A DNA stretch of 64,000 nucleotides from a virus, in IMG/VR virus record IMGVR_UViG_3300046169_000109, positions 4,781 through 68,780 of that record, one strand, 5' to 3'. Positions within the stretch are counted from its first letter, which is position 1. Each line of letters begins with the position of its first letter. Shown here piece after piece: positions 1 to 8,040 of this stretch. The notes below the pieces were generated by a model, which saw nothing but the letters and a program-made list of their open reading frames with translations, was not told where the DNA came from and ran no database searches. The translations under genes were made by a program, and so were the position numbers.

Positions 1-328
1 TAAACTCATCTTTAAGTTTGTCGTATATTTCGAATATGTTTAAGTTCCAGTTCCAGCTTTCTATTTCTTCTCTAATTGCAACTGCATCAGATTCCATAGA
101 TTCAATTTCTGTTGTAGAAGAAGGATAATCTGCTCTGCGTACTATAAGTTTTTGTACATTTATATTTGGGTTTATATCTTGCACTATTGCAGGAAAACCT
201 TGGGGGTTTGGTTCGTTATCTATATAGGATTTTAGTCTGTCTTCTAGTTTGTGTGCTGATAGTAAATCTGGAGCTTCGAAGAGTATGTCATATTTTTGTG
301 TGATTTTAGTTGATATATTGAATTTCAT
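1..328 (-). CDS. hypothetical early protein (partial, runs off window)
   Basis: ATG at 328, open to the window edge (MKFNISTKITQKYDILFEAP...); CCACACACCA motif 2 nt upstream. Confidence 0.7.
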   Translation of the reverse strand, partial: MKFNISTKITQKYDILFEAPDLLSAHKLEDRLKSYIDNEPNPQGFPAIVQDINPNINVQKLIVRRADYPSSTTEIESMESDAVAIREEIESWNWNLNIFEIYDKLKDEF

Positions 329-346
329 TTTGGTGTGTGGTTAGTA

Positions 347-517
347 TTAGTTATTAGGTACTTGTTTGTATTTTGCTTGTTTGAGTAGATCTACAAAGTG
401 CAAGTACTGTTGTAAGAAAGAAAACTTGATTATTTTATTTCTTCTTTCTGTTTCTTGGTATTCGATTACATACTCGCCTGGAGTATCTTTTGTGATTTTG
501 TAGGTTAGTGGTTTCAT
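347..517 (-). CDS. hypothetical 56-aa protein
   Basis: Translated by hand (MKPLTYKITKDTPGEYVIEY...); fills the gap between neighbouring genes. Confidence 0.6.
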   Translation of the reverse strand: MKPLTYKITKDTPGEYVIEYQETERRNKIIKFSFLQQYLHFVDLLKQAKYKQVPNN

Positions 518-519
518 AA

Positions 520-885
520 TTATCTGAGATCGAAGTGATGATCTGTTTTTTGTAATGGTTCTAGATCAATAGCCATGAGTGGATGATATAGAGGTTTTAT
601 ATCGATTGAGTTTGGTGAGATGTCTTTAGACTTATCAGGTGTTAAGCTTTGACATATGAATGTTTCAGAATCGCTGAAGTATAAGCTTAAATGATTATGT
701 ACTTTGCGATCTGCATCCCACCACGAGATTAGATAGCCGGTATGATTGTCTATTGGTACATCGAAGTTGTCGGCTAAGCAGGCTTCGATGTTTTGCATAT
801 CGTTGCGGTGCGCGCGTATGAATGTATTGTACGGTCGTACAGTGCGATATGGATATATTGTGATAGTACCTATTTGATTTTGCAT
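520..885 (-). CDS. hypothetical early protein
   Basis: 121-aa ORF, CCACACACCA 11 nt upstream. Confidence 0.7.
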   Translation of the reverse strand: MQNQIGTITIYPYRTVRPYNTFIRAHRNDMQNIEACLADNFDVPIDNHTGYLISWWDADRKVHNHLSLYFSDSETFICQSLTPDKSKDISPNSIDIKPLYHPLMAIDLEPLQKTDHHFDLR

Positions 886-907
886 AGTTAGTATGTTGGT
901 GTGTGGT

Positions 908-1135
908 TTATTGTTTAAGAAGGGAGGATTCTAGGTCGTAGGCTTTGTTAATTACTGCGACTGGTACTTGTATTTGTTTAGTCCAATCGTGATTGCTTAA
1001 GCCTTCGTGTTCGGCTGCACCGATTGAGCCGATGTATTCTTCACCACGAATAGTTTTTGTTATGGTGATATCTACACGTGGATCATCTCCGAGCTCGGCA
1101 TCAATGGTGAATCTTTTGTATTTGATAGTATTCAT
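908..1135 (-). CDS. hypothetical early protein
   Basis: Start moved to ATG 1135 (ATGA overlap with the upstream stop). Confidence 0.7.
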   Translation of the reverse strand: MNTIKYKRFTIDAELGDDPRVDITITKTIRGEEYIGSIGAAEHEGLSNHDWTKQIQVPVAVINKAYDLESSLLKQ

Positions 1136-1530
1136 GATGGTTTGATTTTGAAGCCTTCCCAATAGCTGCATCCGAAGATATTTTCGTAACCATAGTAATT
1201 GAGAAGATCGGTTATTTGTTGTTCGAGCGGTAGTGCACTCCAATCTTTGGCGGAATATCCCATCGTTGAGTGAACAGCTTGTAGGTCAGCCCAATCGTAT
1301 TCTTTTTGAATATTTATGTCTGTTTTGATTGTGCAGCGGTCGAAGCGTATGTATTCGTTGTATCCATACTGAGTTCCGTATATGAATAGTATTTCATCAT
1401 TGGATATTTTATACGCTAAGCCGTAGTCGAAGAGTGATACATCGAGGCTTGCGTCAGGACCGGTGAATCCTGCTTGTTTAAGTTTTGGTATGCTGTTTAG
1501 CGTATTAGTATTTGTATCTAGTGTTGTCAT
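1132..1530 (-). CDS. hypothetical early protein
   Basis: 132-aa ORF, ATGA-coupled, motif upstream. Confidence 0.75.
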   Translation of the reverse strand: MTTLDTNTNTLNSIPKLKQAGFTGPDASLDVSLFDYGLAYKISNDEILFIYGTQYGYNEYIRFDRCTIKTDINIQKEYDWADLQAVHSTMGYSAKDWSALPLEQQITDLLNYYGYENIFGCSYWEGFKIKPS

Positions 1531-1745
1531 GATTGTTTTGATGTTGGTGTGTGGCTGCCTTTTATATCTGTTACTCTGAAGTTACCGTCGGGGTAGCACA
1601 TTTTAGCCATGCGATATGCTTCGTTATGATCGTCATATTCGTAAGGCACATATTCTTTTTTGCCGGATGGTTCGGAGGGTCCTTTGATGAAGAACCAACC
1701 AGATTCTGTAGCGTTATTGATGTATACTTGTATTCTGTATTTCAT
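1527..1745 (-). CDS. hypothetical early protein
   Basis: 72-aa ORF, CCACACACCA 2 nt upstream. Confidence 0.7.
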   Translation of the reverse strand: MKYRIQVYINNATESGWFFIKGPSEPSGKKEYVPYEYDDHNEAYRMAKMCYPDGNFRVTDIKGSHTPTSKQS

Positions 1746-1849
1746 AGTGGTGTGTGGTTAGTATTAATTGTTCTGTTCCCTGTAATGAATTCATTCATTA
1801 CACCCCATAAAATGGGGAAATAATGGAACAGAACTTTAATTCATTGATA

Positions 1850-1902
1850 TCAATGATAGTAGCTAGCGGATACAAACACGCTTCAATGATAGTAGCTAGC
1901 GG
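1850..1902. repeat. 20-bp direct repeat TCAATGATAGTAGCTAGCGG x2
   Basis: Exact copies at 1850-1869 and 1883-1902; palindrome TCATTGATATCAATGA at 1841-1856. Confidence 0.9.
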
Positions 1903-1975
1903 CCCGAGCCGATCGAATGCGGTTGACGGGGGGTGTTTTACAAAGTATTTCGGAAGCTGTATCTGATAGCAACAT
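1883..1975 (-). CDS. possible 30-aa peptide
   Basis: ATG 1 nt after CCACACACCA; very short. Confidence 0.3.
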   Translation of the reverse strand: MLLSDTASEILCKTPPVNRIRSARAASYYH

Positions 1976-2000
1976 ATGGTGTGTGGTTAGACTGATGCAC

Positions 2001-2034
2001 GGGGTCAAGCTTGCAGGCTTGGCCCCATCTTTTT
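2001..2034. terminator. GC hairpin, terminator-like on +; CUGCAA loop on -
   Basis: GGGGTCAAGC/GCTTGGCCCC stem followed by ATCTTTTT. Confidence 0.55.
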
Positions 2035-2042
2035 ATAACAGA

Positions 2043-2261
2043 TTAGGGGGACATATCGTGTCCATCATCTTGATTTCTGTTACACTTTTCAATGCTGTTG
2101 AAATCTTCAAAGCCGTCGGCAACACGGCGAAGAGCATAGCGTACTAATTGAGAGAACGAGAGATCAAGTTCAACAGCAAGCCGGGCGTATTGCTGTTTTA
2201 ATTCACGTTCCATGGTTACGGACACTCTTATGACGTCCGAAGGCCCTTTTTTATTTTTCAT
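2043..2261 (-). CDS. ribbon-helix-helix (CopG/Arc-like) regulator
   Basis: RVSVTMERELKQQYARLA...LSFSQLVRYAL pattern. Confidence 0.75.
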   Translation of the reverse strand: MKNKKGPSDVIRVSVTMERELKQQYARLAVELDLSFSQLVRYALRRVADGFEDFNSIEKCNRNQDDGHDMSP

Positions 2262-2382
2262 AAGTCAAAGGAAAAAGGTTAAAGGTCAACAGTTGCAAGC
2301 GCATACCAACAATCCCACCTATGTTATACACTCAACGCACATTCGATTGATACTAGTAGAACATTGCTCGATTATGTATAAC

Positions 2383-2646
2383 ATGCCAGCACCACGGAAC
2401 TATAAGAAAGAGTACAAAGCGTACCACGCTAAACCAAAGCAAAAGAAGCGAAGGGCACAGCGTAACAGTGCAAGATCAAAGATGGTTAAAGCTGGTCGTG
2501 CTCGTAAAGGTGACGGTAAAGATGTCGATCATAAGAATCGAAATACTGCAGATAATAGATCAAAGAATCTAAGAGTCGTTTCAAAAAGTAAAAATAGAAG
2601 TTTCTCCAGGCCTAAGAAGAAGGCTGCTCCTAAAAAACGAAAGTAA
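2383..2646 (+). CDS. small basic HNH-motif protein
   Basis: RNYKKEY...GDGKDVDHKN...NLRV, a common phage HNH family; start moved to ATG 2383. Confidence 0.8.
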   Translation: MPAPRNYKKEYKAYHAKPKQKKRRAQRNSARSKMVKAGRARKGDGKDVDHKNRNTADNRSKNLRVVSKSKNRSFSRPKKKAAPKKRK

Positions 2647-2805
2647 GTGGACTTAGGTCAAAAGCCGGAGTTCGCAACTCATACGCATGTGTTTGCAGAT
2701 CACGATAACGGATATGTTCTTGTCGTGTACTCAAAACTACCTCACATAGACTGGCCGACCACACTCATAATGGTGGCAAAGTCGAAGTTGAGCTGGTTTA
2801 AGTAA
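2647..2805 (+). CDS. possible 52-aa protein
   Basis: GTG immediately after the HNH stop codon. Confidence 0.3.
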   Translation: MDLGQKPEFATHTHVFADHDNGYVLVVYSKLPHIDWPTTLIMVAKSKLSWFK

Positions 2806-2842
2806 AAAACTACCAAATAGGGTTCTTTTTTTAATATTTTAT

Positions 2843-3090
2843 TAAAACCATATATGTAAGCGTTTATCAATTAACGACTTACGAAAGAAATATGGTTTTA
2901 TGGTTTATGGTTTATGGTTGACCCTGTGTTGTGGGGGGAGGGTATCCTGGTACCCCTATATATAATATATATATACTCTATAGAATATTAATAATAAAAC
3001 CATAAAACCATATTGGTGTTGTAGCTTCGTTGGTAATCAACGACTTATGAAAATGGTTTAACTTTGACCTTCGACCTGAGAACCATATCC
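2843..3090. repeat. iteron/IHF-rich origin-like region
   Basis: AAACCAT/ATGGTTT repeats in both orientations, central (TA)-rich tract, IHF-consensus matches at 2869-2881 and 3035-3047. Confidence 0.55.
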
Positions 3091-3180
3091 GTAGGCTTTT
3101 CGAGGACGCATGTTTGCGTGTACCTGTCGGCATATCGACAGGAGCACCGGCTCGAGGCGCAGGAAGGGGCCTAGAAGGCC

Positions 3181-3462
3181 TCAGGCTGTCTTACGAGGGT
3201 CAACACCTAGTTCACGGAGTCGCGCCTCATATTCAGCCTCTTTTAAAACACGCTCACGCTCTGCCTCTTCGACTTGTTTCATCTTTTCGACCAGAGCCTC
3301 GCGAATTATGTCCGAGAGGGAAGTATTTTCAACCTTCGCACATTGACCTAAGGCTTGGTACATTGACCTTGGGAGTCTGACAGCACAGGTAATATCTTTA
3401 TGCTCACGATCGAGACCTAGCGATTTCGAGGGTTTTTTACTAGTATTTTTCGTATTTCTCAT
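3181..3462 (-). CDS. ribbon-helix-helix regulator (possible repressor)
   Basis: CAVRLPRSMYQAL...SLSDIIREAL plus a coiled-coil tail; ATG 3462 follows CCACACACCC. Confidence 0.7.
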   Translation of the reverse strand: MRNTKNTSKKPSKSLGLDREHKDITCAVRLPRSMYQALGQCAKVENTSLSDIIREALVEKMKQVEEAERERVLKEAEYEARLRELGVDPRKTA

Positions 3463-3480
3463 AGGGATTTGGGTGTGTGG

Positions 3481-3623
3481 TGTATAACAATGTATACACA
3501 AAATATAGTGTCACGCAAAATATTTTGTAACTTTTTATACTACTGCTAGTGCCCCGCTGTATAATAGTGCACGACAATCGACCCCCAACCAGTTGCATAA
3601 CAATGCCCCTATAATGTATAACA
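3481..3623. promoter_or_regulatory. divergent promoter region with TGTATAACA boxes
   Basis: TGTATAACA at 3481 and 3615, TGTATAATA at 3558, between two divergent RHH genes. Confidence 0.6.
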
Positions 3624-3628
3624 AGTGT

Positions 3629-3778
3629 ATGTCAAAGGATACCCAGTTAAACATCCGAGTTGAATCCTCTTTGGTCGAGGCGTTGAAGAAGCAGGCCGAT
3701 GCCGAGGTTACTACACCGAGTCAGCTTGTCCGCAAGGCTGTGACCTTATACCTTCGATCTGCGACCAAAGACCTTTAG
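3629..3778 (+). CDS. ribbon-helix-helix regulator
   Basis: MSKDTQLNIRVESSL...TPSQLVRKAV. Confidence 0.75.
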   Translation: MSKDTQLNIRVESSLVEALKKQADAEVTTPSQLVRKAVTLYLRSATKDL

Positions 3779-3782
3779 CCTT

Positions 3783-4241
3783 ATGAGCTCAGGCCGAGGA
3801 CTATTATCTTTTGACCCTGGAGTATCTGGAGGATGGGCATGGCTTGCGCCTAACAGCACCGATATGGAGGTATATGCCTGGCGAACTGAGGCAGAGTTCC
3901 TAGAATTTTTGGAACCGATCAATCCTGCTGGGTATACTGCGGTCGTCGAAGACGTTCCCGCCTTTGTATCCTCAGTCACCTCGAATGCTAGTTCATTTAA
4001 GCTTGGTTATAATTTTGGATTTTTGGTTGGGGCCTTGCGCGCCAAGCGTTTCCCGGTTGAGTTGGTTAAGCCTAGGGAGTGGCAGAAAGGGTTGCGAGGA
4101 TTGAAGCCTAAGATGGGATATACTGATCGTAAGCGTACGATTAAGGACAATGCCGCTAGGTTGTATCCGGGGCTGCGGGTGACCAATGCGACAGCTGATG
4201 CTGTCATGATCATGGATTGGAAATTGAATCGCGATGCTTGA
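3783..4241 (+). CDS. RuvC-like Holliday junction resolvase
   Basis: DPGVSGG, VVED, P.EWQK and ADAVMI RNase-H-fold motifs. Confidence 0.85.
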   Translation: MSSGRGLLSFDPGVSGGWAWLAPNSTDMEVYAWRTEAEFLEFLEPINPAGYTAVVEDVPAFVSSVTSNASSFKLGYNFGFLVGALRAKRFPVELVKPREWQKGLRGLKPKMGYTDRKRTIKDNAARLYPGLRVTNATADAVMIMDWKLNRDA

Positions 4242-4308
4242 GATCTGGTCGGTTTTATTTTGCGTTCTTTTAGTATCGTTGCTCATAGCTGACATATTAT
4301 CGGAATGA
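4234..4308 (+). CDS. 24-aa hydrophobic peptide
   Basis: MLEIWSVLFCVLLVSLLIADILSE, overlapping both neighbours. Confidence 0.4.
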   Translation: MLEIWSVLFCVLLVSLLIADILSE

Positions 4309-4514
4309 TAACAGCCGATGGATTTGACAGTTGTCTTATTGGCAAGGATTCGAAGGACCGAGCGATTTACGATGCGGATGCTATGATAGATACTCTTGTT
4401 ACCCGGGATGACATGGATCGCGAGGAGGCTGAGGAATATTTTTGGTATAATATAGATGGGGCTTATATGGGCGAGGATACCCCGATCTATGTATTTTTAA
4501 ATTATGAGCGATAA
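4305..4514 (+). CDS. conserved small phage protein
   Basis: ADGFD..IG...EEAEEYF.YNI.GAYMGE.TP family pattern. Confidence 0.8.
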   Translation: MITADGFDSCLIGKDSKDRAIYDADAMIDTLVTRDDMDREEAEEYFWYNIDGAYMGEDTPIYVFLNYER

Positions 4515-4758
4515 TATAGTAGAAGAGTCTAGAATAGATGGGCGTACCGGGCATGAGATTGTTGGATCAATTGATGTCATTCGGATTGATCATGAGGATG
4601 GCTCTGCCCGTCCATATCATTTGGAATTGGAGATCGATGATGATCTTGCGGGTGATCTTATTAAGTATGGATCTGAAGTATTTTCTGAGGTTGATTTGCT
4701 TTCCTCGGGCATACGGGCTGGATTAATTGAGCGAATTGCTCGTCGGGATTCCGCTTAG
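4504..4758 (+). CDS. hypothetical protein (paralogue of 10404..10658)
   Basis: Coupled ORF; shared H.(D/E)LE..DD....L...G.EV...IR.GL.E pattern. Confidence 0.7.
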   Translation: MSDNIVEESRIDGRTGHEIVGSIDVIRIDHEDGSARPYHLELEIDDDLAGDLIKYGSEVFSEVDLLSSGIRAGLIERIARRDSA

Positions 4759-4802
4759 ATAGAGGGCTTCCGGCCCGCCCCTACATTTTTTTGAATAAAT
4801 GT

Positions 4803-4832
4803 TTGACGGATGTATAACATTGAGTATACATT
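4803..4832 (+). promoter_or_regulatory. sigma70-like promoter with an operator box in the spacer
   Basis: TTGACG at 4803, TATACA/TACATT at 4825-4832, TGTATAACA at 4811. Confidence 0.6.
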
Positions 4833-4895
4833 GGTTGAACATGCATGAGGCATGCCCCGGCTGCAACCGGGCAAAATTAATAACCCACACACCAT

Positions 4896-5243
4896 ATGAA
4901 AATTGAAAAAGTAAACGACGAAGTCGTAGAGATAACGCTAAACGGTTGGATATATACTATTGACGACAGTACGGGCGAAAAGATTGTAAGCCGCTGGCCT
5001 GCCGGCGATGACGAAAGCACCGATAAGGAAAAGGATAACTACTTCGCCCAGTGGGTTGAGTACGGGCACCATGTCCCCGGTTTCTACCGGCTGGAAGATG
5101 GTGTAATCGAGCTCACCGAAGAGATGAAGACTGGCTGGGGCGATACGGAGGAGAATGCTTGGCGGGCTGTAGAGAGTACGCTTGGCCAATCCAAAGGAGT
5201 TAAGGCTCTCTACGGCGACAAACCTGAGGAGGCTGTAGTATGA
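4896..5243 (+). CDS. hypothetical protein
   Basis: 115-aa ORF after hairpin + CCACACACCA. Confidence 0.75.
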   Translation: MKIEKVNDEVVEITLNGWIYTIDDSTGEKIVSRWPAGDDESTDKEKDNYFAQWVEYGHHVPGFYRLEDGVIELTEEMKTGWGDTEENAWRAVESTLGQSKGVKALYGDKPEEAVV

Positions 5244-5485
5244 GCGAGAAATTCATAAAGCTTACGAACTCCAGCCAACGACCTTTGGCTGTTAACCCGA
5301 GGCATATTGCCATGGTCCTGCCGGTCAATATTCCAGATGATAAGAATAAGGCTGGGGTAAAGAGCACGATAATATTTTCGGGCATGCCTGTAGCTATGCT
5401 TGATACTGCGAAGGTTGTCCGTCCTGAGATGGTCAATGTTTTAGAATCCTATGACGAGGTCATGAACCTCATCGATGCGTCATGA
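5240..5485 (+). CDS. hypothetical protein
   Basis: ATGA-coupled; FIKLT...VNP.HI...V.ESYDEV pattern. Confidence 0.75.
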   Translation: MSEKFIKLTNSSQRPLAVNPRHIAMVLPVNIPDDKNKAGVKSTIIFSGMPVAMLDTAKVVRPEMVNVLESYDEVMNLIDAS

Positions 5486-5796
5486 GCGACTTAAAATTAT
5501 ACAGAGTGCAAGATTGCACCGAACATTATGTCGAGTGGTACGGTACTCATTTTCAAGCGAGGCAGAGAGCACGTGAGATGGTTGGGCTGCGCAACAGTCA
5601 ACCTGTTGCCGACATCGTTGACATATTCGAATGCCTTGTGTCTCGCAAAAAAGAACACTTGCTGATCAGCCTTAATTACGGGGGCTGGCACGGAGAGGAA
5701 GAGAAAGTCGATGAAGTAAACCAAGACGGGTTTGTATCTCTTCTGAACTGGACAACCGCAGGCCCAGGTAAGCCGCCAATAGGGAGGGTGTCATGA
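5482..5796 (+). CDS. hypothetical protein
   Basis: ATGA-coupled ORF. Confidence 0.7.
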   Translation: MSDLKLYRVQDCTEHYVEWYGTHFQARQRAREMVGLRNSQPVADIVDIFECLVSRKKEHLLISLNYGGWHGEEEKVDEVNQDGFVSLLNWTTAGPGKPPIGRVS

Positions 5797-5930
5797 GATA
5801 TTTAATATTATCCCTCGTCCTTTTACTTTCGTCCTGCGTCCATCGGCCGGAGGCAAAGCTCCGAGCTTGTTTAGCCTGTCCGGATTTAGGTCATGGCCCC
5901 TGCCCTTTTGAATGTGGAGGTATGTCATGA
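5793..5930 (+). CDS. small Cys-rich lipoprotein
   Basis: MRYLILSLVLLLSS-C lipobox; ATGA overlaps at both ends; absent from the ORF track. Confidence 0.65.
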   Translation: MRYLILSLVLLLSSCVHRPEAKLRACLACPDLGHGPCPFECGGMS

Positions 5931-6454
5931 GCGATTATTCAGTACCCGGAGCAGGCACACCTCGCTGGTGGGACCATAGACCAATTAAGTGGCAGGAGTC
6001 TCAGGCATTTGTCGCGAAGCACCACCGGCATAGCAAGCCGTTGAAGCGTCATAAGTTTAGTATCGGCATGTACGATTACTCCACCAGAAACTGGGACTTG
6101 ATTGGCGTAGTAACTGTTGACAACTGCTCATCTGCATGGAGCAAGCATTATGACCATGCCGAGATTCGCAGACTGTGCGTCTTGCCTAATAAACCTAACC
6201 TTGCGTCCAAACTCCTGCGACTTGCGACCGATGCCTGCGTAGCCATGGGCATGCAGAAGATAGTCAGCTATACCAAGCCGCATGAGTCTGGGTCTAGTCT
6301 TCAGGCTGTTGGGTATCATTTGGATCAGCGAGATGACGAGCGCGAGCTCTTTCGTTGGATCTATGTTCCTGACAGGGGCGAATTTCGCGATTACCGAGAG
6401 CAGAAGGCCCGGGCTAAGACAAAAAGATTATTGAGGAAGGAGGCAGTAGCATGA
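5927..6454 (+). CDS. XF1762/Mom-like GNAT-fold protein
   Basis: AFVAKHHRHSKP..HKFSIG, EIRRLC, SYT...ESG.SL.A.GY motifs. Confidence 0.75.
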   Translation: MSDYSVPGAGTPRWWDHRPIKWQESQAFVAKHHRHSKPLKRHKFSIGMYDYSTRNWDLIGVVTVDNCSSAWSKHYDHAEIRRLCVLPNKPNLASKLLRLATDACVAMGMQKIVSYTKPHESGSSLQAVGYHLDQRDDERELFRWIYVPDRGEFRDYREQKARAKTKRLLRKEAVA

Positions 6455-6636
6455 GCGAGGATCTTTATACCGATCGGGAATATAACCTTATTCTCATGCG
6501 TCTTGAGCGTTGGCTTGACGAGCTATCGGCCAAGGGCCCTGGGCATGTATCCGAGGTCTATAAGCAAATGGCACGGATCATCGATAATGATCGTGAGCCC
6601 TGCATAGATTTCGATCACCAAAAAAATTACAAATAG
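6451..6636 (+). CDS. hypothetical protein
   Basis: Coupled ORF with upstream AGGAGG. Confidence 0.6.
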   Translation: MSEDLYTDREYNLILMRLERWLDELSAKGPGHVSEVYKQMARIIDNDREPCIDFDHQKNYK

Positions 6637-7592
6637 AAATATAAATATAAGAGGAACACCACATGATAACTAATATACAACCACACACCAAAAGAAAAAC
6701 GGACTCAGCGAGTAGCTCCATAGAACCAAGCGATTATCTATACGATCCTAAGGCAGGTTTTTATGCCGAAATATCCACGATTCATCCGATACAGGCCAAG
6801 AGATTACTGGACGGACAGATTAAGAACAGGAAAGTAAGCAATGCTTCTGTAAAAAAATATGCCGAAGCAATGTCAGCACTTAAATGGGTACTCAATGGAG
6901 CACCGATTATTTTTGCCAACGGCGTATTGATTGATGGTCAGCATAGATTGCATGCGTGCATTAAAAGTCGTGTGCCTTTGAAAACACTTATTATTAAAGT
7001 CGCAGATGAATCTGTTTTTACCACATTGGACACCGGAAAGAAGCGTAGTAATTCAGATGTTATATCTGTCACGGAACCTAAAGGAGCTGTCACACTGGTC
7101 GCTGCTATTGATATTGTAGCGAAAGTAGATCACGATGGTAAGCTTGTCGGTAATGGGGCTGGTTCTCGGTTAAACATTCCTACCTACGAGATCGAGGGCT
7201 ATGTAAAGAAGTACAGCTTTATGGAGACCAGCGTCGAAGAGACATTAGCGTGGTCTAAAAAATTAAAGGTTAAGAAATCTTCCTTGGCAGCTTTGCACTA
7301 TATACTTTCGCAGGCCGCGTCGAACCCACAAGAGGTTGAGCAATTTCTTGGGGAGGTCTTCGGGACATATACCGCTTCTGTAGGTAGTGCGACGGCAGTG
7401 TTTAAGGATGCGATTGTTAAAGGGTTAATTTCAAAAACGATAAACAAAACTCCGGGCTGGCTTATTCGTGCAGGTATTCTCGCATGGAATGCGTGGAGAC
7501 AGGGCAAGAAACTTCAGCGGTTACATGTTGGCAGCAGCCCAATCATCCCCACCCCCGTTTCTTAATCATCAAAAAAATTACAAATAGAAATA
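6614..7592. repeat. 28-bp direct repeat flanking the ParB-like gene
   Basis: ATCA(C/T)CAAAAAAATTACAAATAGAAATA at 6614-6641 and 7565-7592. Confidence 0.9.
6663..7565 (+). CDS. ParB/Srx-like N-terminal domain protein
   Basis: NRKVS...NGAPIIF...LIDGQHRL...DTGKKR. Confidence 0.8.
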   Translation: MITNIQPHTKRKTDSASSSIEPSDYLYDPKAGFYAEISTIHPIQAKRLLDGQIKNRKVSNASVKKYAEAMSALKWVLNGAPIIFANGVLIDGQHRLHACIKSRVPLKTLIIKVADESVFTTLDTGKKRSNSDVISVTEPKGAVTLVAAIDIVAKVDHDGKLVGNGAGSRLNIPTYEIEGYVKKYSFMETSVEETLAWSKKLKVKKSSLAALHYILSQAASNPQEVEQFLGEVFGTYTASVGSATAVFKDAIVKGLISKTINKTPGWLIRAGILAWNAWRQGKKLQRLHVGSSPIIPTPVS

Positions 7593-7596
7593 GAAA

Positions 7597-7830
7597 ATGA
7601 AAATGTCGGCGGAAATATTAGAAAATAAAGTGGAGCAGCTGGAGGTTGCATTGGACGGGCTTCTTGATCGCATGAATGCGTTCGAGACTCGATTAAAAAA
7701 GGCAACCTCGGGGAGCGCGCTTTATGTCGATGCTGACCGGGCGCTTGTATCTTCTCGTCCTGCTGATCTCGATTACATTCGTAGCGAGATTCGTAAAGGG
7801 AGCACACGCTTTCAAGAGCGTACAGTATAA
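7597..7830 (+). CDS. hypothetical coiled-coil protein
   Basis: 77-aa ORF in operon. Confidence 0.65.
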   Translation: MKMSAEILENKVEQLEVALDGLLDRMNAFETRLKKATSGSALYVDADRALVSSRPADLDYIRSEIRKGSTRFQERTV

Positions 7831-7833
7831 CCA

Positions 7834-8040
7834 ATGAATTGTCCTAAGTGTGGAACAGATACCTATACCAAAGAAACCCGTCGGCCAGCCAATAAGCGGT
7901 ATACCCGACGACGTCGTTCATGCCCTTCTTGCGGATGCAGGTTTACTACGAAAGAAATACCCGCGGAAGAATTCAAAGTCATCATGCAAGAAGTCCAAAG
8001 ACTCCGAAAAGCGTACCAAAAAGCTCAAGCCGCAGCCTAA
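7834..8040 (+). CDS. NrdR/Ogr-like C4 zinc-ribbon protein
   Basis: CPKCG...RRRRSCPSCGCRFTTKE. Confidence 0.85.
   Translation: MNCPKCGTDTYTKETRRPANKRYTRRRRSCPSCGCRFTTKEIPAEEFKVIMQEVQRLRKAYQKAQAAA

Noticed and set aside
1770-1834. Three-stem structure as a hammerhead ribozyme
   Set aside because: No CUGANGA core at the junction on either strand
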